A stretch of DNA of 64,000 nucleotides, taken from Candidatus Latescibacterota bacterium. Its GTDB lineage: Bacteria; Latescibacterota; UBA2968; UBA8231. Location: contig CBDCXV010000001.1 of the NCBI GenBank assembly GCA_965223905.1, forward strand, positions 192,001-256,000, given 5' to 3'. The position numbers were made by a program, and so were the translations under genes. The notes under the pieces were generated by a model that ran no database searches, was not told the origin of the DNA, and worked only from the letters and a program-made list of their open reading frames with translations. Of the stretch, positions 1 through 10,009 are shown one piece after another; within the stretch, counting starts at the first letter, position 1; every line of letters starts with the position of its first letter.

Positions 1-18
1 GCCGCAACGGCGGTCACT

Positions 19-1002
19 TCAGTGGGCCTCGCGGTAGTGTGCTTTCAGGAGGTCTTCGCCGAAGTCGTTGTGCAGATCCCGCCACACTGCGTGGATGTGG
101 TTGGCGTCGTTTTGCGTGTTGTCGTACTCGGCCAGGAAGACCGGTCCCTGCACCCGGTAATAGTGCCCCTCGCCGCGCTCCGCGGGGCCTGCCCAGGCAA
201 AGCGGGCTTTTGCGTAGTCGGCGTGCTCCAGCCTGGCGTGCTCCACTGCGGCGACGGCTTCGGGCAGGCGGTCGACGTAGACGGCGACCAGGTCCTTGAG
301 CTGCCGGAGCTGCGCGGCGTTCATGTCGGTGCCGGCCAATCCTTCGGGCTTCACTTCTCCGCGGACGTGGGGGACGGCCCTGGTGAGGATGTCGGAAGGC
401 GCCTCCCGGGCCACGACCGCCTCCCGGCGCTGCTCGCCGTCGAGATCGATCAACAGCGCCCTCGCCATCTCCTCCTCCTCCTTCAGGGCCCGCAAGCCCT
501 GGCGCGCACCGTGGCGCACTTCGGCAGGGTTGGCGCCGAAGAAAACCGGGCTGGCTGAAATCAGCTCGCCGTGGAGAACCGTGTTGTTCAGCGAGATGTG
601 ATGGCCCTCGAAGCGCCACCCCCACGCCCCTTCGTCCCCGGGGGTTCCGAACAAGGTCACGTAATACAGGCCGGGATCGCGCGCGAACTTCCGTCCATCC
701 CCTTCGACCTCTGCAAGGATCGGTTCGAGCTCGATGATGGTGTTGGCGCGCCGGTGGGCGGCGGAGCTCAGGCCGGTGTGGATCAGGTTCTGGGTGAGGC
801 TGCGCTGCCGGGAATCCATCTCCTTGAGAGGCAGCCCGGTCCGGTCGCGGGGGATGTAGTGCCAGTTCTCCCGTTCCTCATCCTCGAAATCCAGCACCGC
901 CTTGACGCGCTGATCGGAGCTGAAGGTTGCGAGCAACGCAGCCGCGGCGTCGGCCATGCGCCTCGCCGTCTCTGTCCGCACCAAGCTGTCTTCGGCTGTC
1001 AA
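19..1002 (-). CDS. DUF3500-family protein
   Basis: 327-aa ORF with family-typical motifs WHYIP, GWRFEGHHISLN and EYDNTQNDANHIHAVWRDLHNDFG. The TTG start overlaps the stop of the upstream cupin gene. Confidence 0.8.
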   Translation of the reverse strand: MTAEDSLVRTETARRMADAAAALLATFSSDQRVKAVLDFEDEERENWHYIPRDRTGLPLKEMDSRQRSLTQNLIHTGLSSAAHRRANTIIELEPILAEVEGDGRKFARDPGLYYVTLFGTPGDEGAWGWRFEGHHISLNNTVLHGELISASPVFFGANPAEVRHGARQGLRALKEEEEMARALLIDLDGEQRREAVVAREAPSDILTRAVPHVRGEVKPEGLAGTDMNAAQLRQLKDLVAVYVDRLPEAVAAVEHARLEHADYAKARFAWAGPAERGEGHYYRVQGPVFLAEYDNTQNDANHIHAVWRDLHNDFGEDLLKAHYREAH

Positions 1003-1772
1003 GATATACCTCGTTTCTTTGACTGGTCGGTGGGAGTCCTTGTGCTCAAGTCGTCGTCGAGGTCAATCGTCGCGACCTCCTCGCCGGGAATCGCCACGGC
1101 AATGCGCAGGAAGTCGAGCGGGGCACTGTCGGGGTTGTAGATGCCGTGACCCTTTCCGATGCCCTGATAGGTCACGGACCCGGATCCGACCGCGAAGGTC
1201 TCCCCGTCGACGGTCATGTAGCCGCGGCCCCCGAGAACGACGAAGCACTCCTCGAGGGCCTCGTGAAAGTGGTAGCCGACCGCGCTTCCCGGAGACAGAA
1301 TCGCGTGGTCGAGAAAGGTCCAGCTGCTGGAAAAATCACCGGGCCCCCAGATGTGGCGGGTCGCAATTTCTCCGCCCCCCCCGTGGATGGACGGCCGCCT
1401 CGTCAGCTTTCCGGCATCGACCGAGTCGACCCGCAGGTGACCGAGCGACGGCGCCTCCGCAAGGTCGACGACTATCGAGAGGGCGGTGCAGGTCCCTGCC
1501 GTCGCCCGCAGGCGGGAGGCTCCCGTGGCCACGACCGCTGCAGTTTCCCCGACCTCTGCGACGGTGCCGTTGGCTTCGAAACACGCCTTCCCCCTCAGAA
1601 CGAGGAACCCCTGCTCACAATCGTCGTCGGGCAATTCGGCGGCTTCCCCCGGAGGGAGCTCCACGAGATCGAAGATCCGCCACGGAGTGGCGAAAGCCGC
1701 CCCGGGAAAGACCGGTCGCGAGCTCGCCTTGCTGATCTCCCTTTCAAATGGAAGTTGTGCGTGTCTGACCAC
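999..1772 (-). CDS. Tandem cupin-domain protein
   Basis: C-terminal cupin motif GYHFHEALEECFVVLGGRG...HGIYN plus a degenerate N-terminal cupin. Start moved to GTG at 1772 (purine-rich GGAAGAGG upstream); the ORF-track extension to 2018 looks non-coding. Confidence 0.7.
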   Translation of the reverse strand: MVRHAQLPFEREISKASSRPVFPGAAFATPWRIFDLVELPPGEAAELPDDDCEQGFLVLRGKACFEANGTVAEVGETAAVVATGASRLRATAGTCTALSIVVDLAEAPSLGHLRVDSVDAGKLTRRPSIHGGGGEIATRHIWGPGDFSSSWTFLDHAILSPGSAVGYHFHEALEECFVVLGGRGYMTVDGETFAVGSGSVTYQGIGKGHGIYNPDSAPLDFLRIAVAIPGEEVATIDLDDDLSTRTPTDQSKKRGIS

Positions 1773-2188
1773 CTGATTTGCCCTGCCTCTTCCGGGTAGG
1801 CGCAAAAAGTATGGGCAGCTCCGGCGCCGGCGCCACTGAAGCGACCTCCGAAACCCGGCGCCCCGCAGCCCATGGCGAGGCCCCTTCGATTGCGAGGACG
1901 GGCCACAGGCGCCCGATACCGGGATGGCCACGTTTCTCAGTAACCGGAATGTTGTGGGGACCGAGCGCCCCCGAGTGATCGCAAGGGGACGCCGGCTGCC
2001 CGACTGCCTGCTTGCCACGCCACACAGGCCAAAGGGGCAGTGCGGAATCCGCTCTGCTACAGGGCTGGTTCTGCCTTGAAGGGGAGAGCCCTGCTAAATG
2101 GGATGCCGCCGAGCAGACCGATTCCGGCAGGTCGGCAGCCAGGTTGTAATTGAATCGTGGACACCTGGCCTTCCCGACTGAGTCGCCG

Positions 2189-2668
2189 TCAACGAGCGGT
2201 GCAACGGGCCTCGTGGGCGAGCAGGAATTCCTTGATTTCCATCCCGCCGGAATAGCCGGTAAGGCTGCCGTCGCTGCCGACGACTCGGTGGCACGGGACG
2301 ATTATGGGGAGCGGATTGTTGCCGTTGGCTGCTCCGACGGCGCGACTCGCCTTCGGTCGGCAGACACGACGCGCGATTTCCCCGTACGATGCGGTCTCGG
2401 CGAAAGGAATTCGGGTCAGTTCGCTCCACACGGCCTGCTGGAAGGCGGTGCCACCTGGAGCCAGGGGCAGGTCGAACTGCGTCAGGTGTCCGGAGAAATA
2501 GGAATCGAGCTGCGCGCGGGCGCCGAATGCAGGCTCCGATGCGGCCATCCAGTCGGAAGCGGGCTCGACAGCCTTGCTCCCTTCGAGAAAGCTCACCCGG
2601 GTCAAACCGCGTTCCTTCCAGGCCAGAAGCAGGGCACCAAGCGGGCTTTCGATGGTCGCGTATTGCAC
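2189..2668 (-). CDS. ogt: Methylated-DNA--protein-cysteine methyltransferase
   Basis: Active-site PCHRV, GTAFQQAVW, SYGEIA, RAVGAANGNNP; 159 aa. Confidence 0.95.
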   Translation of the reverse strand: MQYATIESPLGALLLAWKERGLTRVSFLEGSKAVEPASDWMAASEPAFGARAQLDSYFSGHLTQFDLPLAPGGTAFQQAVWSELTRIPFAETASYGEIARRVCRPKASRAVGAANGNNPLPIIVPCHRVVGSDGSLTGYSGGMEIKEFLLAHEARCTAR

Positions 2669-2789
2669 CGAAGATGCCTGAGTTGAGTTCAGCCGGAGAT
2701 TGTGAAGCGAACACCATCGCCGGAGCAGCCCAGCCAGGGACTGCTTCGGACGCGTCTGGACCTAAGGCCGAGGATGGAGGGAGGCCCGC

Positions 2790-3053
2790 CTAACTCGCCG
2801 GTGACGGTTCTTCCTCGAAGTAATCGGTCCTGATCGTTTTCAGATAATCCTGAAGGGCGGCTCCGTCAGCAGGAAGATCGAGGACATCGGAAAAGGGCCA
2901 CATGTCTCCCTGGAGAAACTCCACGGCACTCATCTGGTCCTGACCGGTGGGGCCCGCAGCCATGTCTTTGATGGCTTGAAGGATGACTGCCGCAGCGAGG
3001 CGGCGGTGACCGTCAAACTGGGAGCGATACGCTGATTTACGTTCTTTTGCCAT
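2790..3053 (-). CDS. Small hypothetical protein (87 aa)
   Basis: ATG start, protein-like composition, AT-rich promoter-like upstream region; motif LAAAVILQAIKD. Confidence 0.65.
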   Translation of the reverse strand: MAKERKSAYRSQFDGHRRLAAAVILQAIKDMAAGPTGQDQMSAVEFLQGDMWPFSDVLDLPADGAALQDYLKTIRTDYFEEEPSPAS

Positions 3054-3325
3054 TTCTCAAAGCCAGTATGGGAACATTCACAACCTGTATTTGGTCTTGA
3101 AATCGCAGCCTAAATCTAAGCATTGAAAGGACGTTTCGACAGGCTTTGAGATCCGGTTTTTTTGAATTTTCCGCGGACGTGCGAATCTTGGATCAGATGG
3201 CGCCGCGCGACCGGGAAATGGCGCAATCCATTTAATTTCAATCTGTTATGGAATTGTGGAAAAGCCCGGAATCACCTTGCTGTACCCCCGCAGAAGGACA
3301 GCTCTGACCTCCGGCGAAGCGATTC

Positions 3326-4589
3326 TCAGGCCAGGATCCCTATCACGCACCCGGTCAGCATAGTCGCCAGTGTTCCCGCAACCAGGGAGCGCAATCCGAG
3401 ACGGGCGAGATCGGGCCGTCTCTCCGGGGCGATCCCCCCGATTCCGCCGATCATGATCGCCACCGAACCGAAGTTGGCAAACCCGCACAGCGCATAGGTC
3501 GCCACGAGGAAGCCGCGAGGGCTCAGGGGTGCGGACTCGCTCGACATCATCCGGGAGAGCTTCAACGTAGGCGACGAATTCGTTCAGGATCGTCTTTAGC
3601 CCGAGCAGTTTTCCAACACTGGCCGCTTCCTGCCAGGTGATCCCCATGAACCAGGCCGGAATCCGGAACGCGGACCCCAGCCCCGCCTGCAGACTCCACG
3701 AACCCGCTGCAGCCCCGTTGACGAGTCTGTCCGCAAGCCCGACCAAGGCGTTGCCGAGAGCGACGAGACCGATGAATGCAATCAGCATCGCCAGGATATT
3801 GATGAAGAGGTGCATCCCTTCGGTCGCCCCGCGCGCGGCCGCGTCCAGGCCGTTGCCGGTGTCCTCTTCGGGCAGCTCGGCAACGACTCCGGCAGTCGCC
3901 GGTTCCCCTGTCTCGGGCATCATCAGCTTCGCCACGGCGATTGCCGCCGGGGCGCTGATGACGGAGGCGGTGAAAAGGTGGCCTGCAATTTCGGCATTCA
4001 CCCCGGACAGCATGCTGGCGTAGACGACCATGACCGTTCCCGCGATCGTCGCCATGCCTGCTGTCATCAGGCAGAAGAGCTCGCTCTGGGTCAGGCCTGC
4101 TACGTAGGGGCGAATCAGCAGCGGCGCTTCCGTCATACCGAGAAAGATGTTGGCGGAGACACCCACGGCCTCGGCACTGCTGATTCCGAAGGCCCGCTGC
4201 ATGAAACGGCTCATACCGCGGATCAGCCAGGGCAGGAACCGGTAGTGGTACAAAACCCTGGAAAGCGATGCGACGAATACGAGGATGGCGGCGATCTCGA
4301 GGGCAATCGTCGCTCCGTACGCGGCCGTGAAGTCAGGGTTCGAGAGCCCGGCGAACAGAAGCGACTCGTTCGCCTTCAGAGCCGTCTTACGGAGCAGGTC
4401 GGTAAGCCCCCCGATCAGGGCGAAAACCTGGTGGCGCAAGCCGGTATGCAGAAGCAGGGCAGCGAAACCCACCTGCATCGCCGCAGCGATGAGGAGGATG
4501 CGCACCGGAACTCCGCCGCGGCGGGAACCGCACGCCCAGGCGATCAGGAGCAGCACCCCGTACCCGAAAGCGCTGTGCAGGGCGGACAT
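3326..4589 (-). pseudogene. nupC: NupC/CNT-family nucleoside transporter, frameshifted near 3560 (pseudogene or assembly indel)
   Basis: The N-terminal frame has NIFLGMTEAPL, MATIAGTV and KTILNEFVAY. The conserved C-terminus TYALCGFANFGSVAIMIGGIG...GTLATMLTG is in a different frame (3326-3565). Confidence 0.85.
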
Positions 4590-4595
4590 CGACCT

Positions 4596-5261
4596 CTACC
4601 ACCCTGTCTGGGAGGCGACCGCCGCAAGCGCCTTCTCGACCACCTCGTTGCCCGAACCGCCGCCGGGAAGTCGGACCGCCCCCTCCCACACAGGAAGCCC
4701 GCCGACGGCGCCGCAAAACGATTCGAACCAGGGACTGTCGGTACGCGACCCGCGCGCCGCCATGCGCGCCCGCCACTCCTCGATTCCGGGGGGGTCGAGG
4801 TGAATCACGACCAGCTTCGACGGGGCGATCCTGTCACGCAGCGAAGTCCACAGGTGCTCGACACCCAGCTCCGGCCCCCATCCGCCGACCAGGAATACCG
4901 TGCGCGCACCCACCAGGTTGGCACAGGCGGCGGCCGCGGCGGTCCCGTACTCGATCGGGCGCAGTCGCTCCCAGTACAGATCGGTGCCGTAGGCTTCTTC
5001 TGTCGGGGTTGCGGTCTGCCGGGCGATCTCGAGAATGAAGGGACCTGAGCACCAGTCCTTGTCCACTGTAAACGATCCCGGAAGCAGCCGCTGCAGCGCT
5101 CCAGCCAGGCTGCTCTTGCCGGATCCGGGGGGGCCGGCGATGACGGCGAGCCGAGCTGCCGCCGAGCCGGGAGCTGCGGCCCTGATCACCGCCTCTACCG
5201 TAGGCAGCGGACGCGGGGCGGATTCGGCGTACCCTCCACCCAGAAGGGAGACGCCCCTCAC
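4596..5261 (-). CDS. P-loop small-molecule kinase-like protein (AAA_33/CPT-like)
   Basis: Walker A GPPGSGKS, then VDKD and a lid-like RMAARGSRTD. The GTG start at 5261 overlaps the upstream TGA (GTGA). Confidence 0.75.
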   Translation of the reverse strand: MRGVSLLGGGYAESAPRPLPTVEAVIRAAAPGSAAARLAVIAGPPGSGKSSLAGALQRLLPGSFTVDKDWCSGPFILEIARQTATPTEEAYGTDLYWERLRPIEYGTAAAAACANLVGARTVFLVGGWGPELGVEHLWTSLRDRIAPSKLVVIHLDPPGIEEWRARMAARGSRTDSPWFESFCGAVGGLPVWEGAVRLPGGGSGNEVVEKALAAVASQTGW

Positions 5262-6394
5262 TGCTTTCCACCGCGGCGAAACGCTGCGAAATCGAGCCCT
5301 GTGACCAGGAGTGCGGCCGCCAAGGCGAGCACCAACGCGAGCGGCGTGGGCGACCTGGTCAGCAGCAGGGTTCCCCCAACAGCTACCGCCGTCGCCGCAT
5401 ACAGGACAAGGACGCTGTCGCGGCGTGACAGTCCCAGGCGCACGAGGCGATGGCTGGTGTGGTTCTGGTCCCCGTGCCAGGGGGGGATCCGACGCGACAG
5501 GCGGATGGCCACCACAGAAGCGAGGTCGTAAGCCGGCACGGCCAGCACGAGAAGCGGCAGGAGAGCGGCCTGGCCATCGAAAGCCTGCATTTCGACGAGG
5601 CGCCGAGTGACGAGGACGCTGAGGCCACCGGCGACGAAACCGAGGAACAAGGCCCCGCTGTCCCCCATGAACACGGTGGCCCGGGGAAAGTTGAAAACCA
5701 GAAACCCGCACGCTGATCCGATGAGGAGCAGTCCCAGGAGCGCCGCGGGAATATGGCCGCATGCCAGAGACAGGCTGACCAACCCGGACAGGGCTATCGC
5801 TGCAACTCCCGCGGCCAGCCCTTCCATGTTGTCCAACATGTTGAAGGCGTTCGTTATCGAAGCGATCCATACAGCGCTGAGGGCTGCCGACAAAAGCGGC
5901 TCGGAGCCGGCAATCGGCAGTCTGAAACCCGGGATCCACCCTGCGAGCAAGGTGGCGATAGCCAGCTGCGCCGCGAGGCGAAACTGCGGCGACAGCCCGC
6001 GAAAATCATCGACCATGCCGACCAGCCAGACCACCGAGGCGCAGGCGAACAAGGCTGCTGCCTGGCTCACTTCAAAAACTGTGGTCGGAAAGTTGCCGAA
6101 CGGAGTCACCCAGTAAGGTGCCCAGGGGCTGATCCAGCCGGAGCCGTCCCGGAGCAGGCCGGACGCCTCGCGCAGGACCGCGGCCAGCCCCCCCGCGGCG
6201 GGAAGCAGGCAGGCGGCATACATGGCGACTCCGCCTCCGTACGGGGTGACTTGGCGATGGGATTTGTATGAGGCGCGGCCGGGATCGTCGACCAGACCAA
6301 CCTTGAGGGCCAGCCGGCGGGCTATTGGAACCCCCAACAGGGTGGCAAGCATCGATGCCGCGGCGACAGCGGCGAGGTGCCAGGGCGCGTTCAC
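5258..6394 (-). CDS. WecA/TagO-like undecaprenyl-phosphate HexNAc-1-phosphate transferase (MraY/GT4 family)
   Basis: VDDP..KSH..TPYGGG, GMVDD, NAFNMLDNMEGLA, FNFPRATVFMGDSG, DQNHTSHRL; about 11 hydrophobic segments. Start estimated at GTG 6394. Confidence 0.9.
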   Translation of the reverse strand: MNAPWHLAAVAAASMLATLLGVPIARRLALKVGLVDDPGRASYKSHRQVTPYGGGVAMYAACLLPAAGGLAAVLREASGLLRDGSGWISPWAPYWVTPFGNFPTTVFEVSQAAALFACASVVWLVGMVDDFRGLSPQFRLAAQLAIATLLAGWIPGFRLPIAGSEPLLSAALSAVWIASITNAFNMLDNMEGLAAGVAAIALSGLVSLSLACGHIPAALLGLLLIGSACGFLVFNFPRATVFMGDSGALFLGFVAGGLSVLVTRRLVEMQAFDGQAALLPLLVLAVPAYDLASVVAIRLSRRIPPWHGDQNHTSHRLVRLGLSRRDSVLVLYAATAVAVGGTLLLTRSPTPLALVLALAAALLVTGLDFAAFRRGGKQ

Positions 6395-6575
6395 TCGGCG
6401 GTGTCGTCTGAACAGGCGTTTCCAGGCTCTGGCGTTCGGGAATATGCGGCACCCCCGGGGGGGGCCGCACCCGTCCCGGGGGGCCAACCGAGCAGGCCGG
6501 AAACTGCCCGTCCGCAGCCTGGGTTTCCGAGGCCAGGGAAGCGCTTGCAGGTGCCCGGCACACCCTTGGATTCGA

Positions 6576-6603
6576 TTGACATAAAAAACCGTCCGGTTAC
6601 CTT
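6576..6603 (+). promoter_or_regulatory. Putative sigma70 promoter
   Basis: TTGACA (6576-6581), 16-nt spacer, TACCTT (6598-6603), upstream of the 6647 ORF. Confidence 0.5.
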
Positions 6604-6646
6604 CAACCCGTGATAAGTATAGAAAAATTAGAAAGGTAGACCACAT

Positions 6647-9600
6647 TTGCGAGTTCTGAAAACCACCGGAAAAACAGCGTTTTACGCGGCGATTCCGACG
6701 CTGATTCTCGCGTTGGCGCCACCTGCCGAAGCCCAGCTGACCAGCTTTCAGACCGATCACTACGTCATCAGCTATTTCCCCGGCGCCGAAGGCACGGCGC
6801 GCCGGGTGGCAGAGGTCGCCGAAGAGGTTTTCGCGCCGCTGGCAGCGGCGTACGGGTATTACGACGAGTACTCCCCGATTCACATCGTCGTTCTCGACAA
6901 CAGCGATTTCGGAAACGGCGCCGCGGACAACTACAGCAACACCGTCTACATCTGGGCCTCGGCCCTCGACTGGGAGATCCGCGGCGACCACCCCTGGATC
7001 AAGAACGTCCTCACCCACGAGATCTCCCACGTCATGACCCTGGACAAGGCGCGCAAGAGGTGGCCCTTCCGCGTCGCCCTGTTTTCGGTCTCCCGGTTCG
7101 ACTCCAACCCCGACATCAGCTTCAATTTCCCGCTTTACTATCTGAACACCCCTGCGTGGTGGGTGGAGGGAATCGCCCAATTCGCTCCCACGCAGTTCGG
7201 GTGGGACACATGGGATTCCCATCGCGACATGCTGCTGCGGATGGCGGTGCTCGAGGACGACCTGTCTACGCTGAACGAGATGGGCGGCCTGAGGCACCGC
7301 GCCGGCGGCTACCGCGGCGAGCAGGTCTACAATCAGGGCTTCGGACTGCTGATGTACACGGCGGCGACGTACGGCTCGGAAAAGGTTGAGGAACTGCAGG
7401 ACAATGTCGGGTCGTTGAGTTTCGACCCGGCGATTCGCAAGGTGCTCGGCATTTCGGCCGACCAGCTGTACGACGACTGGGTCCGCTTCATGGAGGACCA
7501 GTACGGCCAGCAAGTGGAAGAGATTGTCGCGGAGGGGTTCTTCGAGGGAAACGAGCTCGGGGACGTCAACGAAGGAGTGATCGACTTCCACCCATCGTAT
7601 TCGCCAGACGGCAGCAAACTCGCCTACATCACCAGCCAGAACCGGGACTACCGCATCCCGTACGTCGCCATCTACGACTTCGATACGCAAAAGAAAAAAG
7701 TCCTCAAGGAGTTCGTCGACACCCGGATATCCTGGTTTCCCGACTCCGACAAAATTCTGTTTCTACGCAACAAGAGCGGCTACAACGACCTCTTCGTCTA
7801 CGACATCGAAAAAGAAAAGGAGCACCGCATCAGCGCCGGCATGCGCGCCAGGGACCCGAACGTCTCCCCGGACGGGGAGCGCATCGCATTCGTCCGCCTC
7901 CGCGACGGCAACCACAGCCTCTGTCTGATCGATAACGACGGCACCGACCTCGTCCAGCTCACCAACCACAACGACCGCACCCAGATCTACGCACCGCGAT
8001 GGTCCCCCGACGGCAAGTGGATCCTGTTCAGCATTTTCAGCGGCGAAGACCGCGACATCGCCATGATGCGGGCGGACAGTCCACCCCTGCCCAAGAAAAC
8101 GGGCCTGCGTCCGCCCAAGGACGACACGCCGGACTCGCTGAAGGTTTTCCCCGACAGTCTGGCCTTTCCAGCCGCGGACTCCTCGGGATTCACCCCACTG
8201 CTGGCGTCGTCCGCGGACGAGCGCGATCCGTACTGGCTGCCGGACGGAAGCGGCTTCGTCTTCGCCTGCGACCGCACCGGCATCTTCAACATCTACCAGT
8301 ACACCCTGGCGACCGGAGAGGTGCGGCAGCTCACCAACGTACTTGGCGGGGCCTTCTCGCCCACCGTGTCGACTGACGGGCGCGTGACCTACGCCAGCTA
8401 CCACGCCAACAATTTCGACCTCTACGAATTCGAACTCGACGGGGCCGGGGAACGCACCGTCCACTGGGATCCCCTGGCCGACCGCGACTATCAAACCGTA
8501 GTTCGCGGGCCGAAACTTTCGGAGGAGTACAGCGTTTTCCGCTACCGCGGCCGGCGCGTGCTCGACATCATTCCCCTGTTTCAGGTCGGACCGACCTTCA
8601 TCGGCAATACATTCGGACTCAACCAGATCAGCGGTGGCGGCCAGATCTCCGTCGGTGAAACCCTCGGCGGCGACGTCTTCCGCTTCTGGGGGATCCTCGG
8701 CAAGAACTTTCGCGAGAGCACCGATCTCAACACCGATTTCGGCATCTACGCAGAGCGCAGACTGCTCCCTGCCGTCGGCAACAACCGCACCTTCAACCCT
8801 TCTCTGTGGGCGGGATGGCGGCGCCGAGAGGTCGACTGGGTAATCCGCGGGAGCCAGGTGGACGTTCGCGTCGACACTGTGGCAAATACGATCTACCCGG
8901 CGCCAGTGGACACCGCCAACCTGCTGATCCCGAACGCCATCCGCTACCGCTACGAGGGAGAAGCGAGGAAGGATCTGTTCAAGGATGTTTTTCAGCTGTG
9001 GTCCGTCGGGGTAGATCTGCCGGTCAGCAGGCGGCAACAGCTGACGGCGTTGTACACCAACCGCAACTACGACGAGAACTGGTCGCTGCATCGGTATCGC
9101 CAGCGCCTCGAGACATTCATAGTCCAGGACAGCGTCGACATTACCGGGACCTTGCCTCGCTCCCTTACCAGTCTCGACACCACGACGGTGACTCCGGACG
9201 ACCAGTATTCATTTTATGACGATCTGGAATTCTTCACCTCGAACGATCTGACCTTGGCGTGGAATTACCGCAGGATCAAACCGACCTCAGATCGCATGAT
9301 CAATGCGACGGGGCGCTCGATCGCCCTCATCTACCGCTACATGAAGTCCAACCTCGCCGATTCGCTCGCCTTTACGGTGGATGACGGCATGCCCCACGAC
9401 CTGCTGATACCCGCGCGGCGTCCCCTGACTGTCAACGAGTACGTAGGGGCCTATACCGAGAGGGTAGGGCTGCCGTTTCGCAACACCCTGACCTGGGAGG
9501 TCATTGCAGCCTACCGCAACCTCCGCGTGAAACCATCGTACACACCGGAAGGGGGATTCTTCGAAGGCCGCTACTACTGGCCCCTGCGCTACTACCTGGG

Positions 9601-10000
9601 GGGGCGAAACTTTCTTAGCGGATATCCGTATTTCACACGCTCCGGCTCAAAGCTCCTGTACGGCCGCTTTGCCTACGGGTTTCCCGTGTTTCGCCGTCTC
9701 AACCTGGGTTTCCTGAACTTCAATTTCACCAAGGTCTACGCCGAGCTGTTTGCCGAGACCGGGGCGGTCGGCAACTTTCGCACGCTGAAGCTCGAGGACT
9801 TCGATAGCGAGTCGTTTTTGTCGGACGTCGGCGGGGAGGTGCGCATGGAGCTGTACACCTTCTACCGCATTCCGATGCGGGCCTTCTTCCAGATTGCCCA
9901 TCCCCTCAACCGCGATCGCGTCGAACTCGACCCTGACGAGCCGGAACTCGACAAATGGCGCTATTACTTCGGTCTCGGACTGGTGGGACGAGGGTTGTAG
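6647..10000 (+). CDS. Secreted protein: HExxH metallopeptidase-like domain, TolB/PD40 beta-propeller, probable Omp85-like C-terminal barrel
   Basis: Signal peptide (AEA-Q); LTHEISH...WWVEGIAQ gluzincin motif; repeated (Y/W)SPDG motifs; amphipathic beta-strand C-terminus ending RYYFGLG. Confidence 0.8.
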   Translation: MRVLKTTGKTAFYAAIPTLILALAPPAEAQLTSFQTDHYVISYFPGAEGTARRVAEVAEEVFAPLAAAYGYYDEYSPIHIVVLDNSDFGNGAADNYSNTVYIWASALDWEIRGDHPWIKNVLTHEISHVMTLDKARKRWPFRVALFSVSRFDSNPDISFNFPLYYLNTPAWWVEGIAQFAPTQFGWDTWDSHRDMLLRMAVLEDDLSTLNEMGGLRHRAGGYRGEQVYNQGFGLLMYTAATYGSEKVEELQDNVGSLSFDPAIRKVLGISADQLYDDWVRFMEDQYGQQVEEIVAEGFFEGNELGDVNEGVIDFHPSYSPDGSKLAYITSQNRDYRIPYVAIYDFDTQKKKVLKEFVDTRISWFPDSDKILFLRNKSGYNDLFVYDIEKEKEHRISAGMRARDPNVSPDGERIAFVRLRDGNHSLCLIDNDGTDLVQLTNHNDRTQIYAPRWSPDGKWILFSIFSGEDRDIAMMRADSPPLPKKTGLRPPKDDTPDSLKVFPDSLAFPAADSSGFTPLLASSADERDPYWLPDGSGFVFACDRTGIFNIYQYTLATGEVRQLTNVLGGAFSPTVSTDGRVTYASYHANNFDLYEFELDGAGERTVHWDPLADRDYQTVVRGPKLSEEYSVFRYRGRRVLDIIPLFQVGPTFIGNTFGLNQISGGGQISVGETLGGDVFRFWGILGKNFRESTDLNTDFGIYAERRLLPAVGNNRTFNPSLWAGWRRREVDWVIRGSQVDVRVDTVANTIYPAPVDTANLLIPNAIRYRYEGEARKDLFKDVFQLWSVGVDLPVSRRQQLTALYTNRNYDENWSLHRYRQRLETFIVQDSVDITGTLPRSLTSLDTTTVTPDDQYSFYDDLEFFTSNDLTLAWNYRRIKPTSDRMINATGRSIALIYRYMKSNLADSLAFTVDDGMPHDLLIPARRPLTVNEYVGAYTERVGLPFRNTLTWEVIAAYRNLRVKPSYTPEGGFFEGRYYWPLRYYLGGRNFLSGYPYFTRSGSKLLYGRFAYGFPVFRRLNLGFLNFNFTKVYAELFAETGAVGNFRTLKLEDFDSESFLSDVGGEVRMELYTFYRIPMRAFFQIAHPLNRDRVELDPDEPELDKWRYYFGLGLVGRGL

Positions 10001-10009
10001 GAGAATCAG

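Noticed and set aside
6395-7690. N-terminal 430 aa of the 810-aa ORF 5258..7690, suggesting a fused MraY protein
   Set aside because: Antisense shadow of the 6647 gene plus intergenic DNA; the GT4-family homology starts near 6394.
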